This document shows, piece by piece, positions 47,101 to 56,989 of a stretch of DNA of 64,000 nt (the first letter of the stretch is position 1; every line of letters begins with the position of its first letter). The DNA is from a virus. The notes below the pieces were generated by a model. That model saw only the letters and a program-made list of their open reading frames with translations, did not search any database and was not told the origin of the DNA. Made by a program: the position numbers and the translations under genes. The stretch lies in the IMG/VR virus record IMGVR_UViG_3300020455_000006, positions 32,001 to 96,000 of that record; one strand, given 5' to 3'.

Positions 47101-50100
47101 CATTGACGCAGTTCATGTCTCTAGAATTGGTTCTGAGTACGGTTCTACGGTTATAAATGATAACTTCAAACCTAGTATCGATACACAGGAGGGTAAAAAT
47201 GCCTTCCTACAACCGTTTATTGTAAATGGTCGTGTAGATCAAATCATCATCAAGTATGGTGGAGAAAATTTCTTTAGTACACCAGACATCACGATAACTG
47301 GTGATGGTATAGGTGCTAAAGCAAAAGCAGTCGTATCTGGTGGGCAGATAGTATCAATCGAAATGATTGAGAAAGGTGCTGGATATACACAACCTAATAC
47401 TACTGTATCAGCAAAAACACCAGGTTCAGGTGCGATATATTCTGCGAATATAGATAACTGGACTGTAAATCAAGTAGCGAGATATGCGAAGAGTGGTGAT
47501 ATGTCACAGGATGACGGTTTCTATGAAACCGCAACATCACTGGGCAACCCTTATGTAAACTACTTTGTTCCTCGTAACCTACGTGATTTCTTCAATGATA
47601 AGGGAGTTGAACACTCACCTATCTTAGGATATGCGTATGATGGTCATCCAATATACGGACCTCTTTGCTTCAAAAACGCAGATGGTACAGGTGGTATCAC
47701 ATACTTACAGTCAAGTTACAAACCACTGACTAGGGTAGACGGACCTCCAACATCTCAGTACCCATCAGGATTTTTCATAGAGGATTATACTTATGTTGAA
47801 GGATTGGGCGATCTTGACGAGCATAATGGCAGATTTGCAATTACTCCTGATTATCCAAACGGAATTTATGCATACTACACAACAGTCGAGATTGGAATTA
47901 ACGGAAACACTAATAGTCCTTTTTTCAATGTCAGAGAACCTCAATTCCCATATGTAATTGGTGACACATATAATTCAAAATATGATTCATTCAATAGTGA
48001 TTTAACATCTAATCAGGATCTTGATCCAGTAGCACTTGGATTAGTTAGAAATACAAGACCACATAAAACAAAGAACTACGAGTTTATATCAAACTCAAAT
48101 AAGAATACAAAAGAAACAAGTAAAATAGTATCTGTTCAATCGGGTTCTATTGATGATATCACTATTGTAAGAGATGGTGAGAACTATAATGTAGGAGATA
48201 AACTTGTTTTTGATAATACAGATACAAAAGGATTTGGTGCTGTTGGTGAGATTTCTGAAGTTATAGGACCAGGCATATCTTCAATTTCATCAGAAATAAT
48301 TGATTATACAAATATCAAATTTATTTCTGATGGTAAACTAGCAACTGGTATATTCACAGGTGCTCATGGTCTTTCAAATTCTATAGATGTAATAATACAT
48401 GGTGCTTCAGATACTTTCGATGGAAATCATAAAATCAAAGTAAGAGAGGTAAGTTCTGGTTTAGGAACTGCTATGTTGAGTGTGGGTCTTACAACGAGTG
48501 TAAGAATGCAAGAGTCAGTCAATAAATTCGGTATCAATGATATTCTAAAAATAGAATCTGAAGAGTTTATTATCTTTGGTATTGACACTCTACATAATGA
48601 ACTTGATTTACTTCGTGCCCAAAATGGCACAGTTGCAGCAGCACATACCTATGGCACTTCAGTCGTAAGATTAGAAAAAGAATTCAAGTTTACACCTAAG
48701 AATAATACTTTGGTAGAAGGTGAGGTAGCACAATATTTCAGAGGTGATGGTGACGTAGGAGTTGGTCTTACCTTTGGTGTAGGTATTGGATCTACAGTAT
48801 CAACACTTGATTTTGGCGATCAGTTCATACCAAATAGAACAATCTTTTTACCAAGACATCTATTCAGAGATGGTGAGAAAGTAACCTACTCACCTGGTGC
48901 TGGTACTTCACTTACATATCAAACAGATGCAATGAAGCGTGTGGCTGGTGGATTCAAACGTCCATTACCACCCGATGTATTCATCAAAATTATTGACGCT
49001 AACAAAGTTGGTATAGTAACAACACTGTCAGGCATTAGTTCAGACTTACAGCAAGTCATGTTTGATGATGCTACAGGAATTGGTAACACTCACTCATTCG
49101 TATCACAAAGAAGCAATGTAAATGGTGATTTACAGATTAATGAGGTTACTGTACATACTCTCTTACCACATACCCTAAAAGCAAAAGATACTATTGATCT
49201 AACAGTAGTCTCAGCTGCTACTATCACTGTGGTTGCAACTTACAGTGATAATACAAGATTTGTAAGTGTGGGTTCATCTATCAATCCTCCTATAAGTGTA
49301 ACCACTGGTGACATATTAACTTTTGATTTGTCTTCAACAACACTTGCTGATGTTAACTTAGATTTCTATGAGGATCAAAACTTCAAAAAAGAATTTGTTG
49401 GATCTGGTAAGTCTGCAATCGAGATCACAAGTTCTGGTGTACCTGGTGATGCTCTTGCAACTAAGACTGTAAGATTTACTAAGGAAGTTCCTGATGTATT
49501 GTATTACAATTTTTCAAGTAAAGACAACAGTAAAATTATTGAAATAGATGATCAAATATCTGACTATGGTAAGATAACTGTAAATGATAGTAAGTATAAT
49601 ATAAGAACTGGAATCAGCACTGTTACATCAACAACTTTCAAGTATAATCTTTCTGTAATACCAGAAAGAGTTGGTTATACAACGATATCAGATATAAGAT
49701 ACACTACAACTTCAAAGACTGTCACAGGTCCTCTTGGTAGAATTCTTTTGACCTCTGGTGGCTCATCTTATAAAGATATACCAAGAGTATCAGTTGCTTC
49801 AACCACAGGTTCTTCATCCGATCTCAAGGCAAAATCAAATAATATTGGATTTATTGATAAAGTAAATGTTATAGACTTTGGTTTTGACTATCCGTCAGAT
49901 AGAACCTTGAAACCACAGGCAGCAATGCCACAGGTCTTCTTCTTGAAAGATAACTTTGCTGTTGATTCTGTTGGTATAACCTCAACAGGAAACAATTATC
50001 TTACTGCACCCAACCTTGTTCTATTCAACTCTAAAACAAATACAGTAAATGAACAGGCACAATTTGTTCCTGAGATGACAGGTGGTAGTGTAAATAATGT

Positions 50101-52270
50101 CAAGATAATCAAGAGTGGTGGTAACCTATCAGCTGGAGATGGTAAATTACTTGCAGTTGATAATACGAATGGTGTTGGTATTATAAGTGCAACTTATTCT
50201 GAACCCCTGAAAACAGTTACACTAAGACTAAAAACTCCATCCCCTCTTGGATTTGGATCAATGAGTTTCCCATTCTCTATAGGAGATAAAGTATTTGTAG
50301 AAAACTTGGGTGTAACCACAGGTAATGGATATAATTCTGTTGATTACGATTATCAATATTTCACTTTGACAGGTGTTACAACAAATCCAGGTCAAGTCAA
50401 TCAAGCACTAATATCATATTCAGTGCCTTCAGCACCTGGTGTTCACGATAGTGGTAATTATGGCACAGTTGCAAATAAAAAAGATATTGCACAATTTGAT
50501 TTGTCACTTATCGAAAGTGTTTTCGTCAATAATGAAATTATTTACAGTGGTAAGAACGAAGCAAGAGTTATTCTTGGTGATGGTAAAACTACAAATGTAC
50601 TGAGGGTTGATAGTGTAGTTGGATTCAATACAGGTGATCAAATAATAGGTAAGATATCAAACGGTGGTGGTACTATTGAAAGTATTCAAAGTTATAGTGG
50701 TGACTTTGATACTGGTGTTTCTGTAGAAAAAATATATGGATGGGAGAAAGATACAGGTAAACTAAATCAGTTCAATCAAAGAATACAGGATAGTGATTAC
50801 TATCAGAACTTTGCATACTCTCTTAAGAGTTTTGTTGGTATAAGTTCATGGAGTGAACCAGTTGATTCATTAGCACATATTGGTGGATTCAAGAAACACT
50901 CTGATCATATTATAACCTCTGCTCCTATAGGAATTGGAACAACTGCAACAATTACTGCAGTAGGAACTGCTGGCACATCTGTAATCTTGATAGACAATGA
51001 AGCGAAAGTTTATGAAAGACATGATCATGATACAGGATATGAATTACCTAATGAGGTAGAAAATATTAGTGATGAGGTTGTATTCAAACATAGTAGGTTT
51101 GGTGATTCACTTTTATGTAAAACTAATAGAGTTCTTGAAATAGATGACATCAGCCCACAGTTCTATAGTGACCCTGACAAAATAAGAGAAGTTGAAATTG
51201 ATACTTTTGATTCTTCATCATTCTCTGCTGTAAAATATTATGCACAAGTTGTTCTTGATTCTTCTCTCGGTGTAACATACAATGCAACTCAGTATTGTGA
51301 ATTCATAGTTACACATGATAATACTAAAGTTTACATCAACCAGTATTCAGATTTATCTGATGCTTTTGATTTAGGTGAATTTACCGCAACAATATCAGGC
51401 AAAACAATATCAGTTTCATTTACACCATACAATGCATCATTTACTTATGATGTGACTTTCCATAAAGAAGGTATACCAAATAGTGTGAGTGCGGGTACAA
51501 CTGCTTTTGCTCATATCGAAAAGACTGGTATCTCATCTGCATACGCTGCATCAGGGTCTCCATCCACTGTAGTATTCTTTGAGGTAGATGCAACTAAATT
51601 CCAAAGTGGTGATGTTCTTGTTGTACACAATGGATCTGGTCAAAAGGAAATAGAAGAGTACAGTTTCTTATGTAATGGTGCAAATAGTATTGATTTCACA
51701 GACTATACAAACATAGGATCTGGCACAACGCAAGGTAATTTTGATATTGACATGTCAAGTAATATCATTCAATTCAAGTATACACCTGTTGCAGGTATCG
51801 GAGTAACGATACAAACACTGACAACACTTGTTGGTATTGCTACCACAGTGTCATCTGTATCAAGCAATATAATGAGTCTTGATATAGGTGATAGTGAATT
51901 GAATGCAACTAGAACTACTATTGGATCAGCTGCATCTCCATCTGCAACTATTGTTTCTACTAAGGCATACAGTAATTACACGTCAATGCGATATACGGTT
52001 GAAATAGAGAATACAACTGATAATGAGCGATCAGTATTCAAAGTTTCCGCTAACTCATTTGGGGGTAATGCAAACTTTGCAAAATACAATAACATTTCTA
52101 ATGCTTCTGATCAAAAACGTGATATACGTAACACTGAACTTATATTGAGTGCTGGAAATGTTGTAATGACATTTTTACCTTTAGCAAACAAGTCTTATGT
52201 TGTCAGGACAAGTGAAATTAGAATTGATAAACCAGATAATATACCTAACGATACCTCAATAACTCTCTAA
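44105..52270 (+). CDS. gp7: Baseplate wedge initiator gp7-like protein (2721 aa, with YHYH-like domain)
   Basis: FLEQYY, DFYKSKGT..FKILF, HSPILGYAYDGHPIYGP..DLDEHNGRF, IQDSDYYQNFAYSLKS; follows gp6. Confidence 0.8.
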   Translation: MINTSITKVKIHEVVRSQIPSSIQLENPNFENFLEQYYISQEYQGGTVDIADNIIEYKSLDFLNNETLTGFTSLTSPLSFVSQTIYVDSTKGWPESYGLLKIDNEIITYTGIGSTAFFGCVRGFSGIENNSKTNQPESLTFTSSGITTHAADTRVNNLSNVFLSQFLKKMKKQVLPGFSERRLNSVLNQPNFIRQSTDFYKSKGTEEAFKILFGALYNETVEMIQPAKFMMRPSDADYIVADLVLCEVVSGNPLKIEGQTLTQGGVSGSIYRVERSFVGEKDYYQIGISKGTQIGEFQQTAKTFITKTVGINTTIIDVDSTVSFDSTGNLTIGEIILPYTSKNYTQFVGVSTYSSAISIGSTVTQGGVAISYEDGDINSEVRLKILGVINKFNGSAKTQQTGSSINVSTLGIENTEKRFTTWIGNTAARYEINTITQISPNNYSIVLLGDHALYTGDTIDIIDLSIAGQGVIIQGSITGTPLSDTIRVNAPNIDVDGSYFIRRQLKTKNGEAVDVQNSYSKGQEVYVASNSLPHWQINPQKRIRTFSTAGITTDTSQFTVNDHNYNDGELVYYTSDSVKLTNLLENQPYYVKKIDQNTLALAYTPENVRRGQYITSVVGSDLSGITTHFLTPQLVYNTSVAGQRILRKFPVPEYSTEKEKTEQGGIGLFANGVEIYSYKSTDKVYYGSLRTVDVLNTGSGYDVINRPRLSVSQSGHSGIGASVVSQVSGSITDVLVDTPGVDYQEDPNVTILGGNNTSAVLRPKMKFTPQVVEFDSTTTGGVVDTSLNKFVFKTPHGLKPGEEIIYSTNNTDAIGIGTTPAKLIDNASYFVNYINEHEIHLADNNSDALLGTGVIPISGSGAGTHQFKTFIFRKKVDKILVENNSVFHNRLVSTISGINTYTDTIHIDNHGFESGEIVKYTQGAGAIGGMTNEKEYFIIKLTDNSFRVSISTSLLDYVNLTSTGSGGQTFQDPPINIRIEGRQGITTANATATPVIRGSIDAVHVSRIGSEYGSTVINDNFKPSIDTQEGKNAFLQPFIVNGRVDQIIIKYGGENFFSTPDITITGDGIGAKAKAVVSGGQIVSIEMIEKGAGYTQPNTTVSAKTPGSGAIYSANIDNWTVNQVARYAKSGDMSQDDGFYETATSLGNPYVNYFVPRNLRDFFNDKGVEHSPILGYAYDGHPIYGPLCFKNADGTGGITYLQSSYKPLTRVDGPPTSQYPSGFFIEDYTYVEGLGDLDEHNGRFAITPDYPNGIYAYYTTVEIGINGNTNSPFFNVREPQFPYVIGDTYNSKYDSFNSDLTSNQDLDPVALGLVRNTRPHKTKNYEFISNSNKNTKETSKIVSVQSGSIDDITIVRDGENYNVGDKLVFDNTDTKGFGAVGEISEVIGPGISSISSEIIDYTNIKFISDGKLATGIFTGAHGLSNSIDVIIHGASDTFDGNHKIKVREVSSGLGTAMLSVGLTTSVRMQESVNKFGINDILKIESEEFIIFGIDTLHNELDLLRAQNGTVAAAHTYGTSVVRLEKEFKFTPKNNTLVEGEVAQYFRGDGDVGVGLTFGVGIGSTVSTLDFGDQFIPNRTIFLPRHLFRDGEKVTYSPGAGTSLTYQTDAMKRVAGGFKRPLPPDVFIKIIDANKVGIVTTLSGISSDLQQVMFDDATGIGNTHSFVSQRSNVNGDLQINEVTVHTLLPHTLKAKDTIDLTVVSAATITVVATYSDNTRFVSVGSSINPPISVTTGDILTFDLSSTTLADVNLDFYEDQNFKKEFVGSGKSAIEITSSGVPGDALATKTVRFTKEVPDVLYYNFSSKDNSKIIEIDDQISDYGKITVNDSKYNIRTGISTVTSTTFKYNLSVIPERVGYTTISDIRYTTTSKTVTGPLGRILLTSGGSSYKDIPRVSVASTTGSSSDLKAKSNNIGFIDKVNVIDFGFDYPSDRTLKPQAAMPQVFFLKDNFAVDSVGITSTGNNYLTAPNLVLFNSKTNTVNEQAQFVPEMTGGSVNNVKIIKSGGNLSAGDGKLLAVDNTNGVGIISATYSEPLKTVTLRLKTPSPLGFGSMSFPFSIGDKVFVENLGVTTGNGYNSVDYDYQYFTLTGVTTNPGQVNQALISYSVPSAPGVHDSGNYGTVANKKDIAQFDLSLIESVFVNNEIIYSGKNEARVILGDGKTTNVLRVDSVVGFNTGDQIIGKISNGGGTIESIQSYSGDFDTGVSVEKIYGWEKDTGKLNQFNQRIQDSDYYQNFAYSLKSFVGISSWSEPVDSLAHIGGFKKHSDHIITSAPIGIGTTATITAVGTAGTSVILIDNEAKVYERHDHDTGYELPNEVENISDEVVFKHSRFGDSLLCKTNRVLEIDDISPQFYSDPDKIREVEIDTFDSSSFSAVKYYAQVVLDSSLGVTYNATQYCEFIVTHDNTKVYINQYSDLSDAFDLGEFTATISGKTISVSFTPYNASFTYDVTFHKEGIPNSVSAGTTAFAHIEKTGISSAYAASGSPSTVVFFEVDATKFQSGDVLVVHNGSGQKEIEEYSFLCNGANSIDFTDYTNIGSGTTQGNFDIDMSSNIIQFKYTPVAGIGVTIQTLTTLVGIATTVSSVSSNIMSLDIGDSELNATRTTIGSAASPSATIVSTKAYSNYTSMRYTVEIENTTDNERSVFKVSANSFGGNANFAKYNNISNASDQKRDIRNTELILSAGNVVMTFLPLANKSYVVRTSEIRIDKPDNIPNDTSITL

Positions 52271-52278
52271 ATATACCC

Positions 52279-55200
52279 ATGTCATTTACCTTATCGTCAA
52301 TCAATAAGACCTTCAACTCAGAGTCAGAAAGTTTTCAACAAACTTTCAATCTGACACATAAGGGTGACTCTATTTTTAGGAAGAGATTTGATGGGTCAAG
52401 TACATCAGTTGTTATAGCAGCTTCTGATACTATTGTCATACCTAATCATTTTTTTATAACAGGTGAGGAATTAGTATATGATGCAACTAATTGTAGTGCG
52501 ATAGGAATCCAACATGGTGTGAATGGTGTGGGAGCAGCGACAACCATGCCACTATCAGTTTTTGCAATAAAGAAAGGTGAGAATGAACTACAATTAGCAA
52601 CGAGTAAAGCAAATGCTAAATCTGGTGCTGCGATAGGAATTACGACTGTGGGTATTGGACTTACACATTCATTTACTGCACAGAAAAGAAATACAAAAGC
52701 AATTATAGCGATTGATAATGTCATACAATCACCTCTGTACACAAGAGTAGGTGCTGCTACCACAGTTGTACAAGTACAGAATAGAGAGGTGCTTTTAGGA
52801 GATGCTTCTTTCTTGAAAGCATATGATCTAATTCAGATAGATGATGAGATCATGAGAATTCAAGTGGTGGGATATAATGGAAATGCAAATAACTTGCTAG
52901 TTGATCGTGAATGGATGGGAACTATAAAGAATGCTCACAATCCAAACACAACGGTGCAGTTGAAATTAGGTGATTATAATATTATAAACGATAGGATAAC
53001 TTTTTCTGACGTACCCTTTGGTGGTAATAAAGAAACTGTAGGTGTTTCATCAGAGAACTTTACAGGAAGTAGTTTTTATGCTTTATCAGAATTACTACCT
53101 ACTGGCACAAAAGTCAAAATAAGATCCCTAAACCCTCCATCTCCTTTACTCGCCAATAATGATTTTTTCATAATTCAAGATGCACCTAATACATACAGAT
53201 TTGCTGAGACAAAAGGTGAAGCACTCGTTGGTATTGGTATAACTCTTATCAATGCAGGTATTGGTACGCATCAATTAATATTATCAGACATACCGATTGG
53301 ATCTGGATTTCAGGGTAGAACATTTATTAGATCTGATTATGATGGTAACTTGATATTGGATGATATATCGGGCAACTTTACAGGTATAGGCAAATCCTTT
53401 ACACTAACTTCAGATGGATCAAATACAACTGGTATCACCAGTGATTTTGGTGCAATACTTATAAACAATATCTTCCAAAAACCAGATATTGATTATGACT
53501 TTATTAGTAGTTCAAGTCCTGGTATTACATCAGTAAGATTTACTGGTAATGCTAATAAAGATTATGTTTCTGAATCTTACAGTGTTGCAGATGTCAATGC
53601 AAACAATCTTCCAAGAAAAGGTATAATTATATCTATCGGAAACACACAAGGTTATGGATACCAAGATCAAAGAGCAGGTATTGCGACAGCAGTGGTGTCA
53701 GGACTTGGCACGGTTACAGTGTCTATGGCATTTACGGGTTCAGGATATACTAACGGACCTTCGACATATCAAGTATATGTAAGAGGTGGTAGTCCTACCA
53801 CAGGTGCTGCTGGAACGTTTACGGTCAGAGCAGGTCATATAGAAAATATATTCATGAACACAGTTGGTGTTGGATATACTTGGACTGATGTACCTAAGAT
53901 TGATTTTGATCATCCAGTGCCATATGATGATCTCAAATTAGTAAGTTCAGGAACAGGTATTGGTGCATCAGTTTCTGTGTCCGTTGGAGTTGGTCTTAGT
54001 ATAATAAGTAGCAATCTTATAAACACTGGATATGGATATACTGCTGGAGAGCAACTTCAAGTTGTTGGTATACCAACTAACGTAGGTATAGGAACCACAT
54101 TCCAACATGCGACATTTACCATAAGTGAGACACAGGATGATGAATTTGCTGGATGGGTATTTGGTAAAATGCAGGTTCTTGATAATTTCTCTCATGAATT
54201 CAATGACAGGAGACGTGTATTTACACTGACTGAAGATAGTGAACCTATTAGTATTGAATCTGATACTGGTAGTTTGATTGATTTAGATCAAGTATTAATG
54301 ATATTCCTCGATGATGTATTACAGAAACCAAATGAGGCATACACATTCAATGGAGGAACTCAAATAGAATTCAAAGAAGCACCTAGAGCAGGGTCTTCTT
54401 TACAAGTTCTTTTCTATAGAGGAACTGACGCTGATATATCACTCTTGACTGCACCTGAAAGCATCAAGAAAGGTGATAAGATACAAATACTAAAAACACC
54501 ATCTAATCCTTCGTTCTTGAGTCAAGATCAAAGAATTATTACAGATACAATTGCAAGAGATACTCTTCAAACAAACGTTTACAAAGGACAGGGTATAACA
54601 GGTGCTAATGGATCAACTATAAGACCAATTGTTTGGAGTAAGCAACAAGACGATATTATTGTGAACGGTGAAGTAGTTTCTAAATCTAGAACAGTATATG
54701 CTGGAAGAATATTCCCTGTGTGTAAGGCAATTAGAAGCATTGCTTCAAATCACACATCAGTTTACGCTGATGCTGGTAGTCTTGGATTTAGAAAAACTGA
54801 AGAACCTGATGATGCAGAATTCAATGTAAGAATTATTGACACTCAAAATAATACTGGGTTTGGTTCTACTACTTTTGTCATGCCAATAAAAGATATTGAG
54901 GGTATAGGATGTTCGGGTGATGAAGGTCACATTGTCGGTATAGGTGTATCTGCACAGGCAATCACATTTGAATTTTTCATACCTAAAAATTCACCACTCA
55001 GAGAAAATCAATTTGGTTCTATTACTAAAACAGGAATAGGAACTGGTGATTACTTTATCGTCAGTCGTTCAAATGTTGGTGCAGTTGGTGGTGGTGTCAC
55101 AGCATTATCACAAACAAGAGCATCTACAGTTGGTATGGGTAACTCATTTATAGACGGTGTTTATCAAGTGGGTCACATACAACCACTCGCAGGTATAGGT

Positions 55201-55422
55201 GAGACTATGCGAGTTATAGCAAACGTTGAAACTAATCATCAACTAAACTTCACAGGTCTTACATCAGGTGTAGGTGCGTTCTATGGTGAGTTTAGTTGGG
55301 CGAAATTTACCACAGGGGCGATTGGAACATCATTCACAGTGAATACACTTGAGGGTCTGACTGGACTTTCAACTGCTCCAGAAATTCAAAGAACGAATAA
55401 ATTACTTCTTGACTACACATAA
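52279..55422 (+). CDS. Baseplate-associated virion structural protein
   Basis: 1047 aa between gp7 and gp8; H.F.TGE.LVY and IDNVIQSP/LDDVLQKP repeats. Confidence 0.7.
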   Translation: MSFTLSSINKTFNSESESFQQTFNLTHKGDSIFRKRFDGSSTSVVIAASDTIVIPNHFFITGEELVYDATNCSAIGIQHGVNGVGAATTMPLSVFAIKKGENELQLATSKANAKSGAAIGITTVGIGLTHSFTAQKRNTKAIIAIDNVIQSPLYTRVGAATTVVQVQNREVLLGDASFLKAYDLIQIDDEIMRIQVVGYNGNANNLLVDREWMGTIKNAHNPNTTVQLKLGDYNIINDRITFSDVPFGGNKETVGVSSENFTGSSFYALSELLPTGTKVKIRSLNPPSPLLANNDFFIIQDAPNTYRFAETKGEALVGIGITLINAGIGTHQLILSDIPIGSGFQGRTFIRSDYDGNLILDDISGNFTGIGKSFTLTSDGSNTTGITSDFGAILINNIFQKPDIDYDFISSSSPGITSVRFTGNANKDYVSESYSVADVNANNLPRKGIIISIGNTQGYGYQDQRAGIATAVVSGLGTVTVSMAFTGSGYTNGPSTYQVYVRGGSPTTGAAGTFTVRAGHIENIFMNTVGVGYTWTDVPKIDFDHPVPYDDLKLVSSGTGIGASVSVSVGVGLSIISSNLINTGYGYTAGEQLQVVGIPTNVGIGTTFQHATFTISETQDDEFAGWVFGKMQVLDNFSHEFNDRRRVFTLTEDSEPISIESDTGSLIDLDQVLMIFLDDVLQKPNEAYTFNGGTQIEFKEAPRAGSSLQVLFYRGTDADISLLTAPESIKKGDKIQILKTPSNPSFLSQDQRIITDTIARDTLQTNVYKGQGITGANGSTIRPIVWSKQQDDIIVNGEVVSKSRTVYAGRIFPVCKAIRSIASNHTSVYADAGSLGFRKTEEPDDAEFNVRIIDTQNNTGFGSTTFVMPIKDIEGIGCSGDEGHIVGIGVSAQAITFEFFIPKNSPLRENQFGSITKTGIGTGDYFIVSRSNVGAVGGGVTALSQTRASTVGMGNSFIDGVYQVGHIQPLAGIGETMRVIANVETNHQLNFTGLTSGVGAFYGEFSWAKFTTGAIGTSFTVNTLEGLTGLSTAPEIQRTNKLLLDYT

Positions 55423-55425
55423 ATA
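55418..55425 (+). promoter_or_regulatory. Late promoter CATAAATA
   Basis: Upstream of gp8. Confidence 0.65.
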
Positions 55426-55448
55426 AACAACAAAAGTCTAATAGTATA

Positions 55449-56987
55449 ATGCCAGCGATCATTACTGATCAGATACGAGTCTTGAATGCGTCAAACTTTG
55501 TTAGCGGAATAGGAAACGCAAGCAATAGTTATTACGTTTTTATTGGTTTGCCAAATGCTACAGAGAAAGCTTCGGATTGGAATACAAGCACCCCATCCCC
55601 GATTGATAATTTCGATCAGCATGATGACATCTATGATACTCTAATATCTGCTAAAAAAATCAATTCATCTGATGTACTAAGAGTAGTCTCAAAAATTACT
55701 TGGTCTTCAGGAACAATTTACGAGATGTATAGACATGACTATAGCATCAATAAATTGACACCTCAAACAAGTGCATCTAACTTGTACAATTCTAATTACT
55801 ATGTGATAAACAAAGATTTCAGAGTATATCTTTGTATATCAAATGGTGCTAGTCCTTCAAATGGTGGTAATGGAATCGTTTCGCTGGACGAACCAGTACA
55901 TACCGATCTAGAACCAAGATTAGAATCTGATGGATATGTTTGGAAGTATTTGTATACTATTAAACCAAGTGATATTGTAAAATTTGATAGTGCAGATTTC
56001 ATACCTCTTCCATCTGATTGGTCAATCAACACAGATGTGGCAGATGTAAGAAATAATGCTGTCGATGGTAAGATTGAGACTGTTATTATTGAAGATGTTG
56101 GTAGTGCAAACTATCAATTTACTGGCACAAAAAATAATGTTCCTATAAAAGGTGATGGTTCAGGTGCTCTTGCTTCTGTTACCTTTATTGATGGTAAACC
56201 TTCCTCTGTTCAGGTGACTGATGGTGGAAGTGGATACTCTTTTGCTACTTTAGACTTAGACTCTGTTGTAACTGGTGCAGGTGCATCATTCTCAGTTATC
56301 ATACCTCCTTCAGGTGGTCACGGTGCTGATGTATACAGAGAGTTGGGATCAAATAAAGTTTTGATCTACTCAAGAATAGAAAATAGTGATATAACAAACC
56401 CAGATTTCCCAACAGGAAACCAGTTTGCTCGTATTGGAATAGTCAAAAATCCACAAGTATTTGATAGTACAACTGTACTGGATACACCATCTGCATCAGG
56501 TCTGTATGGACTTAGATTGGCAGGTGCTGCTACGACAACCATTTCAGTAAAAACTGACGGACAAATAACACAAACAATCAGTGCAGGTACAACTGCTATA
56601 GGAAAGATTGTAGGATACGATGCGGTAACAAAAACCTTACAATATTGGCAAGATAGATCACTTGCTACTGTAGGTGCTGGAAACTCAGTTCCCCGCTTCG
56701 GTTACAGTCTAAATAGGTTCACGGCCTCACCAGGTACAGGTGGTAACACTAACATTGTTGTTGATACTACAACTGGTACTGAGACATTATCTATTGACAC
56801 CTCATTCACAGGTGTATCAGTGGATGTAAGTAACAAAAAATACTATTTTGGTCAGTCATACACAAGCGGTCTTGCCAACCCTGAGATCAAAAAATACTCT
56901 GGAGATATTGTATACATTGACAATAGACCTGAAGTTACAAGGGCAACTAACCAACGTGAAGATATTAAAATCGTCTTAGAATTCTAA
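55449..56987 (+). CDS. gp8: Baseplate wedge subunit gp8
   Basis: MPAIITDQIR, W..GT.YEMYRHDY, DGYVWKYLYTI, YIDNR...QREDIKIVLEF. Confidence 0.9.
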   Translation: MPAIITDQIRVLNASNFVSGIGNASNSYYVFIGLPNATEKASDWNTSTPSPIDNFDQHDDIYDTLISAKKINSSDVLRVVSKITWSSGTIYEMYRHDYSINKLTPQTSASNLYNSNYYVINKDFRVYLCISNGASPSNGGNGIVSLDEPVHTDLEPRLESDGYVWKYLYTIKPSDIVKFDSADFIPLPSDWSINTDVADVRNNAVDGKIETVIIEDVGSANYQFTGTKNNVPIKGDGSGALASVTFIDGKPSSVQVTDGGSGYSFATLDLDSVVTGAGASFSVIIPPSGGHGADVYRELGSNKVLIYSRIENSDITNPDFPTGNQFARIGIVKNPQVFDSTTVLDTPSASGLYGLRLAGAATTTISVKTDGQITQTISAGTTAIGKIVGYDAVTKTLQYWQDRSLATVGAGNSVPRFGYSLNRFTASPGTGGNTNIVVDTTTGTETLSIDTSFTGVSVDVSNKKYYFGQSYTSGLANPEIKKYSGDIVYIDNRPEVTRATNQREDIKIVLEF

Positions 56988-56989
56988 CG